From assembly GCF_001194135.2 (NCBI RefSeq), contig NC_068984.1, positions 96,886,564 through 96,936,470 on the forward strand: a stretch of 49,907 bases of DNA. The letters run 5' to 3'. The notes under the pieces are model-generated. The model was not told the origin of the DNA. It worked only from the letters and a program-made list of their open reading frames with translations, and made no database searches. The DNA comes from Octopus bimaculoides. Its lineage: Eukaryota. Of the stretch, positions 12,681 to 24,766 are shown piece by piece; the stretch's first letter is position 1, and every line of letters begins with the position of its first letter. A program made the translations under genes and the position numbers.

Positions 12681-12995
12681 TCTTCTACTATAGCTTCAGG
12701 CCGACCAAAGCCTTGTGAGTGGATTTGCTAGACGGAAATTGAAAGAAGCCTGTCGTATATATGCATATATATATATATGTGTGTATATGTTTGTGTGTCT
12801 GTGTTCGTCCCCCCAACATCGCTTGACAACCGATGGTGGTGTGTTTACGTCCCCGTAACTTAGCGGTTCGGCAAAAGAGGCCGATAGAATAAGTACTAGG
12901 CTTACAAAGAATAAGTCCTGGGGTCGATTTGCTCGACTAAAGGCAGTGCTCCAGCATGGCCGCAGTCAAATGACTGAAACAAGTAAAAGAGTAAA
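12593..12995 (+). mobile_element. Full-length, well-preserved family 1 SINE
   Basis: A-box-like tggctgcgtgg, B-box ggttcagtccc, internal (AT)/(TG) tract, right arm ending gaaacaagtaaaagag. Confidence 0.92.
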
Positions 12996-13002
12996 GAGAG
13001 AG

Positions 13003-13037
<35 letters not shown>

Positions 13038-13058
13038 TTATATACGTATGTATGTATT

Positions 13059-14095
13059 TGTAGTGAAACTACCTATCGCCATTATATACAAATCATCTTC
13101 CCCACTGCTATAAATATATTCAAGTTCGGGCGTAGTAGAGAGCAACCTACTGTATCCATCACGTGACTAATTATTATTTGAAGCGGCAACTGCTTCGTAC
13201 CGTTCCCGCCAGAACGCAAATCGACCAACCGTGGCCCCTAATAAGGTCACATGATGGAGTGTTTTTCAGATGCTCTCTGGAGCCCCTATTTTGTTATAAA
13301 TAGACTAAATTATACCCCGCAAATTCGTCGCGGTTCAGATCTCTTGGAGATCTGTTCCGTGTACCACACAGAGCAGCAGCCAGCGACAACAATCACAGCT
13401 TCGTACAACTACGACTGCCAGCAGCAACACGACACTACGACTACCAGCATCGCCGACAGCGTCAACACGACACTACGACTACCGGCATCGCCGACAGCGT
13501 CAACATAACTTCTACGTACACAAGCTAACCAAACTACCGCGGCACTTCTCTTCGATTCATCTTCACCACGATAAATAATAGACAAGAACCCAGCCTGCGA
13601 AGAACATCTGTACTCAAGAACCCGGCTCGGCATGGAAGCCCTAACATCACGACGAGTGATCGTGCTGCCCCACACGCCTCAACTTCTTACATACAGACTC
13701 TTACTATTGTGTACTCTAAGAACTGGCAAATTCTTATATGTGTTACGGACTCTTTTTCTATCTGCTGTATCTCACGCATACACATGCATGTATCACTTAC
13801 ACACTCTTTTCTTTACACGACGGCCTGTCTTTTATTATGTTTTATTATGTCGCACTCACACACACACAGACATACATTTTAATGCTACAATAAATATTAC
13901 TGTTATTCATCTTTATCGGTTGTGCTCTATCGTCTTCATTACTGGCATTTACGAATTCACTATGTTATCGAAGTATAACACATTTATATCATCTGATATA
14001 TTTTGTGTTCGACCGTGTGACGCGTTTAAGAAAGGAGCCCTGTTTTTCCATTCGTCACCATTTCTCCTTTTTGGGTTCGCACGGTCGTTCTTACA
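13059..14095 (+). mobile_element. Solo LTR (~1037 bp), probably Gypsy-type
   Basis: TGTA...TACA termini, 4-bp TSD tatt (13055-13058 and 14096-14099), TATAAATA near 13295 and AATAAA at 13889. A homologous 3' part lies at 48169-48482 (-). Confidence 0.8.
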
Positions 14096-14376
14096 TATTC
14101 ATATATATATATAAACATAAATACGCGTGCGCACTCTCACACCCACGCACACATGCACACACACAGTGGCAAACACACACACACACATACGTACTCATAT
14201 GTGAGTGTCTGCTTTACTATTATTATATTTGCATGTACATATATGTATATGTAGACCTATATGATATATTCGTATAATATACTTTCTTCTATAGACATGT
14301 AGATGTGTCCACGAGCAGAATTCAATGTACATATTATATAATGTGTGCGTTTGTGTCTGTGTCTGTGTCTATCTCT

Positions 14377-14441
<65 letters not shown>

Positions 14442-14675
14442 AGCCAAAGCCTGGAGTAATAGAGTGTAAGTAAAGAGGGTGTGCGTCAGCATTTTAGTTG
14501 AAGTCTTTTGTTATATTAATGTTAACGTTGGGTGTGGGCATGTGAGGTGATTGTATAACAATTTGTTTCCATATATCCACCCTTTACTGATATATTTGGG
14601 GAAATTTGGAATTGCTTATATATAGTAACATATATACATACAAACGAGTGTGTGTATATAAGTGAGTGTGTATGA

Positions 14676-14709
<34 letters not shown>

Positions 14710-15047
14710 TGTATGTATGTATATATGCATGTATGTATGCATGCATGTACGTTGACATCATAAACATTCTATAAACTTTTGTGAAATAATTCTTCTTTGG
14801 AACAGTGGATATCGAAGCACACATAACACTATAAGCAAAAGTACATAAATTTTAGGCGGTAAAACTAACTCGTTTGAATAGAAGAAATCAAAGGAGGCCT
14901 TCGACTATTTCCAACTTAATATTTACATGTTGTTATACATACATGAATGCATAAATACATACATAATACATACATACATACATACATACATACATAAATA
15001 CATACATACATGAATATGTGTGTTTGTGTGTGTGTGTATATATATAT

Positions 15048-15098
<51 letters not shown>

Positions 15099-15216
15099 TA
15101 TATATACATACANNNNNNNNNNNNNNNNNNNNNNATACATACATACATACATACATACATACATAAATACATACATACATGAATATGTGTGTTTGTGTGT
15201 GTGTGTATATATATAT

Positions 15217-15267
<51 letters not shown>

Positions 15268-15287
15268 TATATATACATACATAGAAA

Positions 15288-15450
15288 CACCGCTTTGAAG
15301 GGTTTTAGCCGAACAAATCAATACCAGGACTTATTTTTTCAACTTGGTACTTATTGTGTCCGTCTCGTTTTGCCGAATCATTAGGTTACGAAGACGTGAA
15401 CACACCAACACCGGTTGTCAAGCGATGGGGGACAAACACAAGCACAAATA
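15288..15450 (-). mobile_element. Family 1 SINE right-arm fragment
   Basis: ccaggacttatt..gccgaa..acaccggttgtcaagcgatgggggacaaac is the reverse complement of the right arm. Confidence 0.8.
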
Positions 15451-15486
15451 CGCACATACTCATAGATATATACATACACACACACA

Positions 15487-15522
<36 letters not shown>

Positions 15523-15599
15523 ACACGCACACGCACACATATATATGCATGGCGTTCAATCAAATAATATAAATAATATATATATATATATATATATAT

Positions 15600-15800
15600 T
15601 GTATAGTGATGTTGGAAGGCAGCCATATCAAATTGTGTGAATTTTGTCATAAATGAATGGAAACAGATGGTTGTGTTTCACTGACACTGTTTGGCCTTCC
15701 AGACTTTGGCATGTCTTCAACCTTGTAACTTTAAATCGCTTGAAAGTTTAGCTGATCCCTTGGACATGTACATTGAATTCGATATATCGTTCAATTTTTA
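15600..15800 (-). mobile_element. Short mariner N-terminal relic
   Basis: The minus strand encodes VEDMPKSGRP, like the mariner ED.PRSGRP linker. Confidence 0.4.
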
Positions 15801-16040
15801 GAATAATGAATATTAACTCAATTTTTTTTTTCTTACAAACATATGTACATATACGAATTCACACATACTCACATATAAGTATATTTATTTACAAACATGG
15901 AGAATGGAATGAGCAAGTCCTTTCAATTACATCAGTTTGTATTTCAATTTCATTGAAATTCGATCTCATGAATATTGCTATATTATGCAATAATATATGC
16001 AAGAATTTCATTAGGAGGCCTCTATCTAAATTCATTTGAA

Positions 16041-16180
16041 TGTAGGCGTGGCTGTGTGGTAAGAAGTTTGCTTCCCATCAATACGGTTCCGGATATAAGC
16101 GTGGCACCTTGGGCAAGTGTCTTCAACTATAAGCCCGGGGAGACCAGAGTGGATGTGGTAGACGGAAACTGAAAGAAACT
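16041..16180 (+). mobile_element. Family 1 SINE head and left arm, cut by a gap
   Basis: ggcgtggctgtgtggtaagaagtttgcttccc..ggcaccttgggcaagtgtcttc..gacggaaactgaaagaa. Confidence 0.85.
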
Positions 16181-16708
16181 ACACACACACACACANNNNN
16201 NNNNNNNNNNNNNNNNNNNNNNNNNNNNNNNNNNNNNNNNNNNNNNNNNNNNNNNNNNNNNNNNNNNNNNNNNNNNNNNNNNNNNNNNNNNNNNNAATAA
16301 CAATAACGACGACACCATCAAAAGCATCAGGATTGACAAAAACAATCTGTACACAACATTCCAGATTTCCTTTAATTGAAGAGGGAAGAGAAAAAACAAC
16401 AATAAAAGGAATCAATAATAAAATAGAAAGCAAAACAGATTGTGGAATAATTAGATAGGAATCGAACCAGGGACCAAGGATAATAAACAGCAGCAACATT
16501 AATTAATATTTCTGTCTTCAACATAGATGATGATGCGAGGTAAAAGTTGGTGAGGTCAGATTTGAGATTAGAACAGATATATTTACTCATATACACACGC
16601 ATACGCGCGCGCGCACGCACACACACACGCACAAACGCACGCATTCACACGCACATACACAGACGTATGCACACGCACACACACATATCTAATACATCTA
16701 CGAGTGTG

Positions 16709-16753
<45 letters not shown>

Positions 16754-17189
16754 ACACACAGATATATATAGACATACATATGTATTTACTTATGTATATA
16801 CCATTAGTCCATTTCTCTCCATCGCTTCCGTCTCCCCAACTCCACCCATTTCCTCAACCCATGCCCCTGTGCTTACTAAACCAACTCCCTACCTGGGTGG
16901 TCTCTTACACTCACCACTGACGTTTCCATGGAAACCTGATTTCTTTATTTTCATTTCTTTCTCTGTTGAAAGATTTACAGTTTCTGTTCAACAAATTACA
17001 ACAGGCTTTCGTTCCAACAGCGTTCCAGATGTGGCCATCTTGTCCTCATTTCTGATTGCGGTTTCGCAAATATATTTTAAGTTTGGTTTAACGTTGTTTT
17101 TTTTAGGATCATAACAAATAGATTAAAGGAGTTTTGACTGCTTTTTCTTGCAGGTAGACGGGCCTTGTTTAGACTGGGTAGAGTTGTTG

Positions 17190-17345
17190 TTTAGTCCACA
17201 TCAACTAGAATCGAGCAGAGTTATGATCAAATGCATTCCATCCGTGACCATCTTGTGTTTTTTATGAACAGTGTACCTATGATTTTATTATGCTATGTAT
17301 CCTTCCGTTTTAAGAAAGACATTTCGTAGCTATTTCTAGCAAGTG
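17190..17345 (-). mobile_element. SINE family 2 copy
   Basis: gttgttgtttagtcc tail and gctatttctagc body are the reverse complement of the 7.6-kb copy. Confidence 0.6.
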
Positions 17346-17504
17346 GGGCAACAAGGTTTATCTCACTGTACACTTGAATAGACCAGATTTATGGTTTGTG
17401 TCTAGTTAAACTTGCAATCATTTCTCCAGAGATAACATGTTGACGTTGTTGTATAGTCCTAACTCAGCCCTGAGCCAGCCATCATCAAACTTTTTTTTTT
17501 CTGT

Positions 17505-17600
17505 TTCTGCCGAGATCAACTTTGCCTTTCATCCTTCGGAGTCGATAAAATAAATACCAGTCATGTACCGAGGTCGATATAATCGGCTAATCTCCTCTAA
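17505..17600 (+). mobile_element. CORE-type SINE (family 3) fragment
   Basis: gccgagatcaactttgcctttcatccttcggagtcgataaaataaataccag resembles the CORE-SINE central domain. Confidence 0.75.
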
Positions 17601-18967
17601 AACTTGTAACTATTGTATATGCATTTTGTGCAATATGAATTAATGTGTCCTTGTTTTTTAAGACGGCAAACTAGTGTTTTCCAAAGTACTGCTCCGAGAG
17701 AGAGCGATGAGCAAAAATAATTACAGGGGGACAGACAGAAGCTTGAATTGGATAGTGAGCAAATGTTTACATTATCATCAGTGAAGTAAGGATAAAGAAT
17801 GAACAACAAAGCAGTGCAGCCAAATTTATTATAATTTGATCTTTTAAATTTAGATATGTGTGGTTTTAAAGTGTACAGAGTCTCTTTCAATATATTATTA
17901 ATACCACGGTACATTCCATACCCTAAGATTTGAAGAACTTTGGTATAGATTTGACATCTTTCTCTGTATGATAGTGTAGATATCTCAATCATTCGGTCTT
18001 TTGGCTAGATGGCGTAGGAAAATCCATCCATCCAAGCGAATTTCATTTAAATTAGTAATTTCTTTAATGTGATAAAATAACTAAAAGACAGAATAAATGG
18101 TTACTTGTTGTTTGGGTTCGTACGAACAGCAACCTCGAGTCGTTTTGATGGTTATCAGTTAATAGGTCAATGAAGGAACTAACTTTCAATTTTCCGGCCT
18201 ATCATTGTTCACTTAAATTTCAGACATTTGTGCACCACTATGACTAAAAATAAATGAATAGATTATCGTTTCAGTTGTCGGTCAGCGAACTATCTGGTGA
18301 ATTAATGAATTTTCGGTAAATTCCACTAGTGGAATCATTTTAAAATCTGAATTTCTGACAACAGCAACCTTTTACGCGAACTTCTAGAGGGTGCCATACA
18401 TATTAAGTGTCTACTTATTCACTCTGTCAAAGACTTCATGCTTTTCATCAGCGTCCGAATGGTAGTGACTAGGTAATAAAAATATTCGCCAGAGTAAATT
18501 TCAAAGTAATTTTTGAAGACATTAGCACAGCAGTCAAACTTTAGAAAAAACATCTTGATTCTAAATCGGTATTCACTTTTGTCAGTTCAAACATGCTCGA
18601 GTAGTTTTAAGTGTGGCAATACTCTTTGTTTTTGCTTGTTGGTTAGAAAACTGTCTTGGACATCATATTTTAAAGAAAATAAGTGCACTCAGAAAGCGCA
18701 AACCTCTGCCAACACCACCGTCCTTATTTCTCAGTAGAGAAGGGACAACACAAAAACAGACAAAACAATACATTGGGGTATATAGAAACACATATCGAAT
18801 GAATTATGGATATAAGGAAAATGAGAATAGAATGGCTTACTTAACCCCCATAGGCAGGTAATTCCATTTTACTGTTTTTAAATTAACAGTTCAATATCAG
18901 TCTTATATTTGTTGATTTCCTTTTTAAACAAGTTCACACAAAGTCACTATTTATAACATATACTCTA

Positions 18968-20280
18968 TTAACTCTTCGAAGGCCACCACGGGCGGCAATT
19001 CGTCGTAACCAATTTGTATCCCTGTCTCTCTATTCTTTCACCAAACAACTCCTTCAAGTTCTCTCCTCTTTCTTTTTCCAACAAAATAGCTTTAAAACCT
19101 TCGTTATACTCTTTGGCCGCTAATTTCATTCTTATAACGTTCTTCATCTTGGTAATCTTTTTCTCTATCTCTACACTTTTTGTGAATTGCACCATTGTTC
19201 TTCAGTTTTTCCTTTTGGGTGTCACTCTCATTTTCTCCTTCTCTCATCACCAATCCCCTCCTCTGCCGCTAGCATTTCTATCTCTGTCTGTCTCTCATTC
19301 TGGGTTGTTATCATCTCTCTTTCATTTTCCTTTCTCTTCTGTACTCTTTCCTCCTTGCTAGTTGATGATCTCTGCGTTCGTTCCTCGCTTACTTTTGTTG
19401 TCTTTTCATTTTTTTCTCTTCTCATTCATATTCTCTTGTTTTTCACTCTGCTTCTCCTCTCCACTTGTCGTTCTTTTCTTCCTCGGACTTTTGGGGGGTG
19501 AGTCTGTATTACTCTTCTTCCTTTTTACCACTGTATATTGCTCTTCCATTTTCTCCTCCTCCACGGTTGCACCCTCTTCTTCCTGGTATTCCTTCTCTGT
19601 CTCCTCCTCTTCATGTTTCTGGGGACACTTAGCTTTCATGAGTCCCCTTACTCCACATAGAAAACATACAGGCGGTCTTCCACCACTATTCTTAACCTTG
19701 TTTCGTCTGGTAGTACTAGTTCTTCCGCAATCTTGTGGAAGTCTGGCAGGCCTATATGGACCAATACCTCTAGTCTATACCCCCAACAGTTCACCTCCGT
19801 AGTTCTTGATATTTTCAATATTTCAGTGTCCTCCTCTGTATTGAAGAGGATGGCTGCCACCAGCCACGACTCATCAATTTCTGGGGGCACTTTACCTATT
19901 CTTACTCTGGCTGCACGTTTGCCACAGTAAGTCGGTAGCAGTGCCCACTCTGCTGATCTCAAAGGCACAGTGGAGTATTTTCTCGCTTCTTCTTCACTTA
20001 CGAAGAGTACCTCCACTGTACCGTATTTTCTTCCTCTGGTGTAGTATGTCGTTACATTCTTAATTTCTCTCAGGCACTCCTCGACTGTCTCCACCGCTGC
20101 TATTTCCACCTTTTACGTATGCAATTTTCGTTGCAATATTCCGCACACAACTGCTCTCCTCTCCGTCCCCTCAGACACCTCCCTGGGAGGCGCCAACCTC
20201 AGGCCATTTCCCTCCTCTCCCAACAAATCACTATACTTCTTGAAGTCCCTCTCCTGCAATTTAACCTCACTAACGACAAC
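18968..20280 (-). pseudogene. Non-LTR retrotransposon ORF1 relic (Tx1/L1-like, gag-like nucleic-acid-binding protein)
   Basis: One stop (20113-20115) and a frameshift near 19675. It encodes an RRM-like region (RVRIGKVPPEI), RPPVCFLCGVRGLMKAKC (CX2CX4HX4C knuckle with H replaced by L) and a K/E-rich tail. Confidence 0.7.
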
Positions 20281-20283
20281 ACC

Positions 20284-20440
20284 AGATCGATCCCAAAATC
20301 TAATCAGTTCGTGCCAGTCACGAGGCCAAACATCCCTGAAAATTTCATCCGAATCCATCCAGCAGTTCTTGAGATATCTTGTCCACGGACAAACAAACGC
20401 GACTGAAAACAATACCTCCGCCTTAGCGAAGGCGGAGGTA
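20284..20440 (-). mobile_element. Helentron-associated (HINE/DINE-1-like) non-autonomous element end
   Basis: 12-bp hairpin tacctccgcctt-agcg-aaggcggaggta (20413-20440), followed on the minus strand by gtttgtttgtccgt and gatatctcaagaactgctggatggattcggatgaaattttcag. Confidence 0.55.
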
Positions 20441-20849
20441 ATAAATATAATTAAAATAGAAAAATCTCGATATCATTTATTCTTTTTGTTTTGGATGGAA
20501 CAAGGGGAAAAGAATGTAATTTTTTTTCTAGGAAAGACATTCGCTCGTTTTCACTGGTGAGTTGCATAACGAAAGAGTATGCCCATAAATATAACCTGCT
20601 TTTATGAAAAGACATTGTTTTTTTTTGTGGGGGGGGTCATTCTTTCGTCAAAGAAAATATTTTAAACGACGTATTCAGTCTTTCTTAAATAATTAGTACT
20701 GCATAGATAGTTACATGTACTTATTGAGTTAAAACTTAGGTATTACGTATTCGTAATTACGTTGTCTTGGGGAATGATATAGATGGATAAATAAAAACCT
20801 TCACTTCCAAATTGGAAATATTTTATCATCGAGGAAAGAATGAAAATCG

Positions 20850-21990
20850 CTGAAGTACTTCTGCTAAACAAAAAGAAAAAAATACATAGAAAAAGTAAGA
20901 TCAAAATATATCAGTATAATTTAATTTACTTGCAGAATGGATTTATCGTTCTGTCTTCGGATCATCGGCAACTAATGTATCCATTTATGTGAAAATGTTT
21001 TATCAGATGAAGCCTCTTTTGAGAAAACACCCAGGAAAATGATTCATATGATATATGAAAAAGATGAAGGAGGCATTTGGAAAACACCCTACTGTAATAA
21101 AAAACTCGGCATTTTTCTCGTTGCTTCATACAAGATATTGCAATTAATTAAATGTAGAAAACTACAAGGACTAAATAATATCCTCAGAAATTCGTACCAC
21201 ACTCCTTAGAAACAGATTTTTTTTCAATAGGTTCTCTCGGTAAATGATACTGTCTCTCACCTGAGTGATGAAATATGTGACGATATTGAAAATCAGTTGT
21301 GCATGAAACTTAGGTGAACTAAATTTAACATTCTGTTAGATGAATCAACTGTACGAGGTAACGAAGCTTTATTGGTGGTTTTCGTATGATTTGTTACAGA
21401 AAGATAATCTATGAAAAAAATGCCAATCCGCAAATCGTTAAAAACAGATGTAACAAGGGAAACAATTTTCAACCTTTTAAAAATTTACCACGAAGATAAA
21501 AAATGTTCCCTTCGGCAATATGCGCAACTGATAATATACCGACTGTGACAGGTCACCAAGCTAGTCTGATGTTATTCATATATGAAAAAGGAAGCGCCTG
21601 ATCTATTTGCAATTCACTGTGTGAATTGTGAATAATTCAGCAGTACCTTGTTAAAACGCTTAGTAATATCTGTTGTTGATAAAATCAAAGCTCCGGCTTT
21701 AAACCCTATGACGAGAATATTGAAAAATTTGAAGCATTAACATTCATAACTGAAGTTCTATAACTGACAAAAGGATTCTGTTGCAAACTCTTCTAGCTTT
21801 ATAACACTATTGTTGACTTTCTGTCCTTTTAAGTCATGGTGAACAACAAACAAAATAAATTGGATTTATTTGTGATGTGGCTTTTGAGCTGATATTTATG
21901 GTGAGATGAAGAGCCTGAATTTGTAAATGCAAGGAAAAAATTTTAATGTAATACATTGCAAAAATTGTAGTCAACAGCTTATAAGTTGAA
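20850..21990 (+). pseudogene. hAT transposase relic (Buster/Charlie; ZBED8/SCAND3-like family)
   Basis: Motifs recoverable across stops and frameshifts: QYNLIYLQNGF, NDTVS..DE..DDIENQLC, LDESTVRGNEALL, KEAPDLFAIHCV, TEV, and MKSLNL.MQG. Confidence 0.8.
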
Positions 21991-22459
21991 CATAAAATAA
22001 CTGAGAACCTTCAGAGCACAGCCAAAACAAATCCCACATGCATATACGCATTCACCTATAGTAGTAACATACCAATATACGATAACCCATATACAGCGCT
22101 CACGCAAATACATGCACACAAAAAACGAACTTACACACAAACTTAGAATAATCAGCTTACGCTTACATATACACTTTAACAACTACCCTAAAACACACAC
22201 GCACACACACACATACGCACATACACACATGAACATATACAAGCACATATGAGCACACACCCGCGAATAGGATTCCTCTATCAAAGGCATTCTCATAAAG
22301 CTTCAACTGCCTCTTTCTTAAAATCTGGCTCTTCACCCCTTATTGTAAGTGTGATGTGAATACAGACATTGGGGTTTAACAAACCACTTCAAACCAAAAC
22401 CTGTACATACATACTAATGAGATATTCCAATTATCTATCTATCTATTTATCTACCACTC

Positions 22460-22512
<53 letters not shown>

Positions 22513-22559
22513 ATAGCGAGAGAAAGAGAGAGAGGGGGAGGGAGATAGATAGATAGATG

Positions 22560-22611
<52 letters not shown>

Positions 22612-22845
22612 TATTGGGAATATGCTAATCGCTGTTGTTTCGTCACTAGAGAACTTTTCTTTTACGACGAATGAGTATTCATAACCCTCAATTCATTAGT
22701 GCAAGGGACTCTAGAACATCCGGTGTTTCAACATTGTTGTGTCTCATCAGCTAGAGGCATCCCGGACTAATGAACCTCAAAATAGTTCCAAGCTCTTGTT
22801 TATAACTTCAGTGAACAAACCGATGCTGCGTGGCGAAACATTCAT

Positions 22846-23148
22846 GTTCGAATCTGTTGCAACATATTTAGAATACATATACAAGTCATTGTTTTGATTC
22901 TCGCTGTTCAGCGTCAATATGACGATTTATAATCGGTTGGCACGGATTAGCAAACACTTTGTTCGCTGAATGCCCGCAGGCAGCACATCACTGAGAGAAG
23001 TGGAGTGTCTTGGCTAGCCGAGACATAAGGAAAGCATCGAGCTGATCCATTGTAGACTCTCGGCAAGTCAATGCACGGGGCCCTGTAGTATTTATTTATT
23101 GACAGTAAACCACAGAATACATAGATCAGAGTTGCAACAGATTCGAAC
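22846..23148. mobile_element. Candidate 303-bp MITE with perfect 18-bp inverted termini
   Basis: gttcgaatctgttgcaac (22846-22863) and its exact reverse complement (23131-23148). No TSD visible. Confidence 0.45.
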
Positions 23149-23654
23149 GGTGGTGGTTGTGGTGGTGGTGGTAGTGGTGGTGGTGACGGCGGCAGCGATG
23201 GTGGTGACGATAATGATGACTTGTGCGTGTGTATCAGTATACACAAACACACACATGCAAAGATATGTCTATTACTCTGTAAACAAAGCTTCTCTTCACA
23301 AACTGTTTCAGGGTCAGGTACAAGACAAAAATCTACTGCCCACTTTACATCGACTCTACATAATGAATGTTTTAACTTCTGTTACTATGATTGACACCGT
23401 GAAATGTTTCCATACGAACAGTTCCAACAACACTCGTAAGGTTTGCTTGTAAATTACATCATTACTCTACTAACTACTTCTGTTTACTAATTACAACAGT
23501 GTGGACATACTTTCCTGTCTTCGTGTCTCTGATAGCCGGCTGCTGTATTCAAAAGTGATTACCATCCTAGCGTTTATCCTAATCATCTCCCGACTTAAAT
23601 TCTATTCACTTCTTTGCAATCGATAGCGCTCAAGAACTATCAAGGGCTGCATAC

Positions 23655-23841
23655 ACTCTGTGTGATCACTTCACTTGCTACACACAGTAACCAAATCTCT
23701 CTTTCAAATGGAAGGACACTGGATAATGTGGATCTATGTACAGTATATACAGTTTGAATAAGAGACGAGATGGTCATGGATGGAATACTTTTGAACCATG
23801 ATCATCCAGGATGATCTAGCGGTATAAACAACAAGAACAAC
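23655..23841 (+). mobile_element. SINE family 2 copy
   Basis: cttcacttgcta..gtaaccaaatctc..ggacactggataatgt..gatggtcatggatggaat..aaacaacaagaacaaca. Confidence 0.6.
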
Positions 23842-24147
23842 ATTTGCCAACTTCGAATAATTGATTCCTCCTACTATAATTGTGTTATGTTTATTTAATC
23901 CTAACACAAAACACTCACTTTCTAGTCTCTTTGATCATCTGCACCCTCTATTAGTTACTACATTTACTTTAAACAAAATGAATAATCGATACGTGTTAAC
24001 TCTTAAAAAATTAAAATTTATGTATATTTAATCTCCTGCTCTAAAAATACTTTCCTCGTTGCTTTTATAAAAATGTGTTAATAGACACACACATACGTAT
24101 ATGTACACAATAAACTATACATGTATATGTATATATGAATGTATGTC

Positions 24148-24184
<37 letters not shown>

Positions 24185-24504
24185 NNNNNNNNNNNNNNNN
24201 NNNNNNNNNNNNNNNNNNNNNNNNNNNNNNNNNNNNNNNNNNNNNNNNNNNNNNNNNNNNNNNNNNNNNNNNNNNNNNNNNNNNNNNNNNNNNNNNNNNN
24301 NNNNNNNNNNNNNNNNNNNNNNNNNNNNNNNNNNNNNNNNNNNNNNNNNNNNNNNNNNNNNNNNNNNNNNNNNNNNNNNNNNNNNNNNNNNNNNNNNNNN
24401 NNNNNNNNNNNNNNNNNNNNNNNNNNNNNNNNNNNNNNNNNNNNNNNAGTTTTCGGATCAACATCTATTTGCTCCTGCCCTCGCAAAATAATGACAACAA
24501 TCAT

Positions 24505-24684
24505 TTCTACAAAAAGCACAAGGCCTGAAATTTGGGAGAGGGGACTAGTCAATTACATCGAACCCAGTTTTTCACTGGTACTTAATTTATCGACCTGAAA
24601 GGATGAAAGACAAAGTCGACCTCAGCGGAATTTGAACTCAGAACGTAGCGGCGGATGAAATGCCGCTACGCATTTTACTCAGCG
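24505..24684 (-). mobile_element. CORE-type SINE (family 3), head truncated at the (TAA)n tract
   Basis: Reverse complement reads ttctgagttcaaattccgctgaggtcgactttgtctttcatcctttcaggtcgataaattaagtaccag (B box plus CORE). Confidence 0.85.
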
Positions 24685-24698
24685 TAATAATAATAATG

Positions 24699-24764
<66 letters not shown>

Positions 24765-24766
<2 letters not shown>

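Noticed and set aside
13425-13500. 38-bp direct repeats as a CRISPR-like array
   Set aside because: Two adjacent units without spacers, inside a eukaryotic LTR.
14936-15282. Apparent ~150-bp tandem duplication
   Set aside because: Microsatellite-rich sequence mirrored across a 22-N gap; most likely an assembly overlap.
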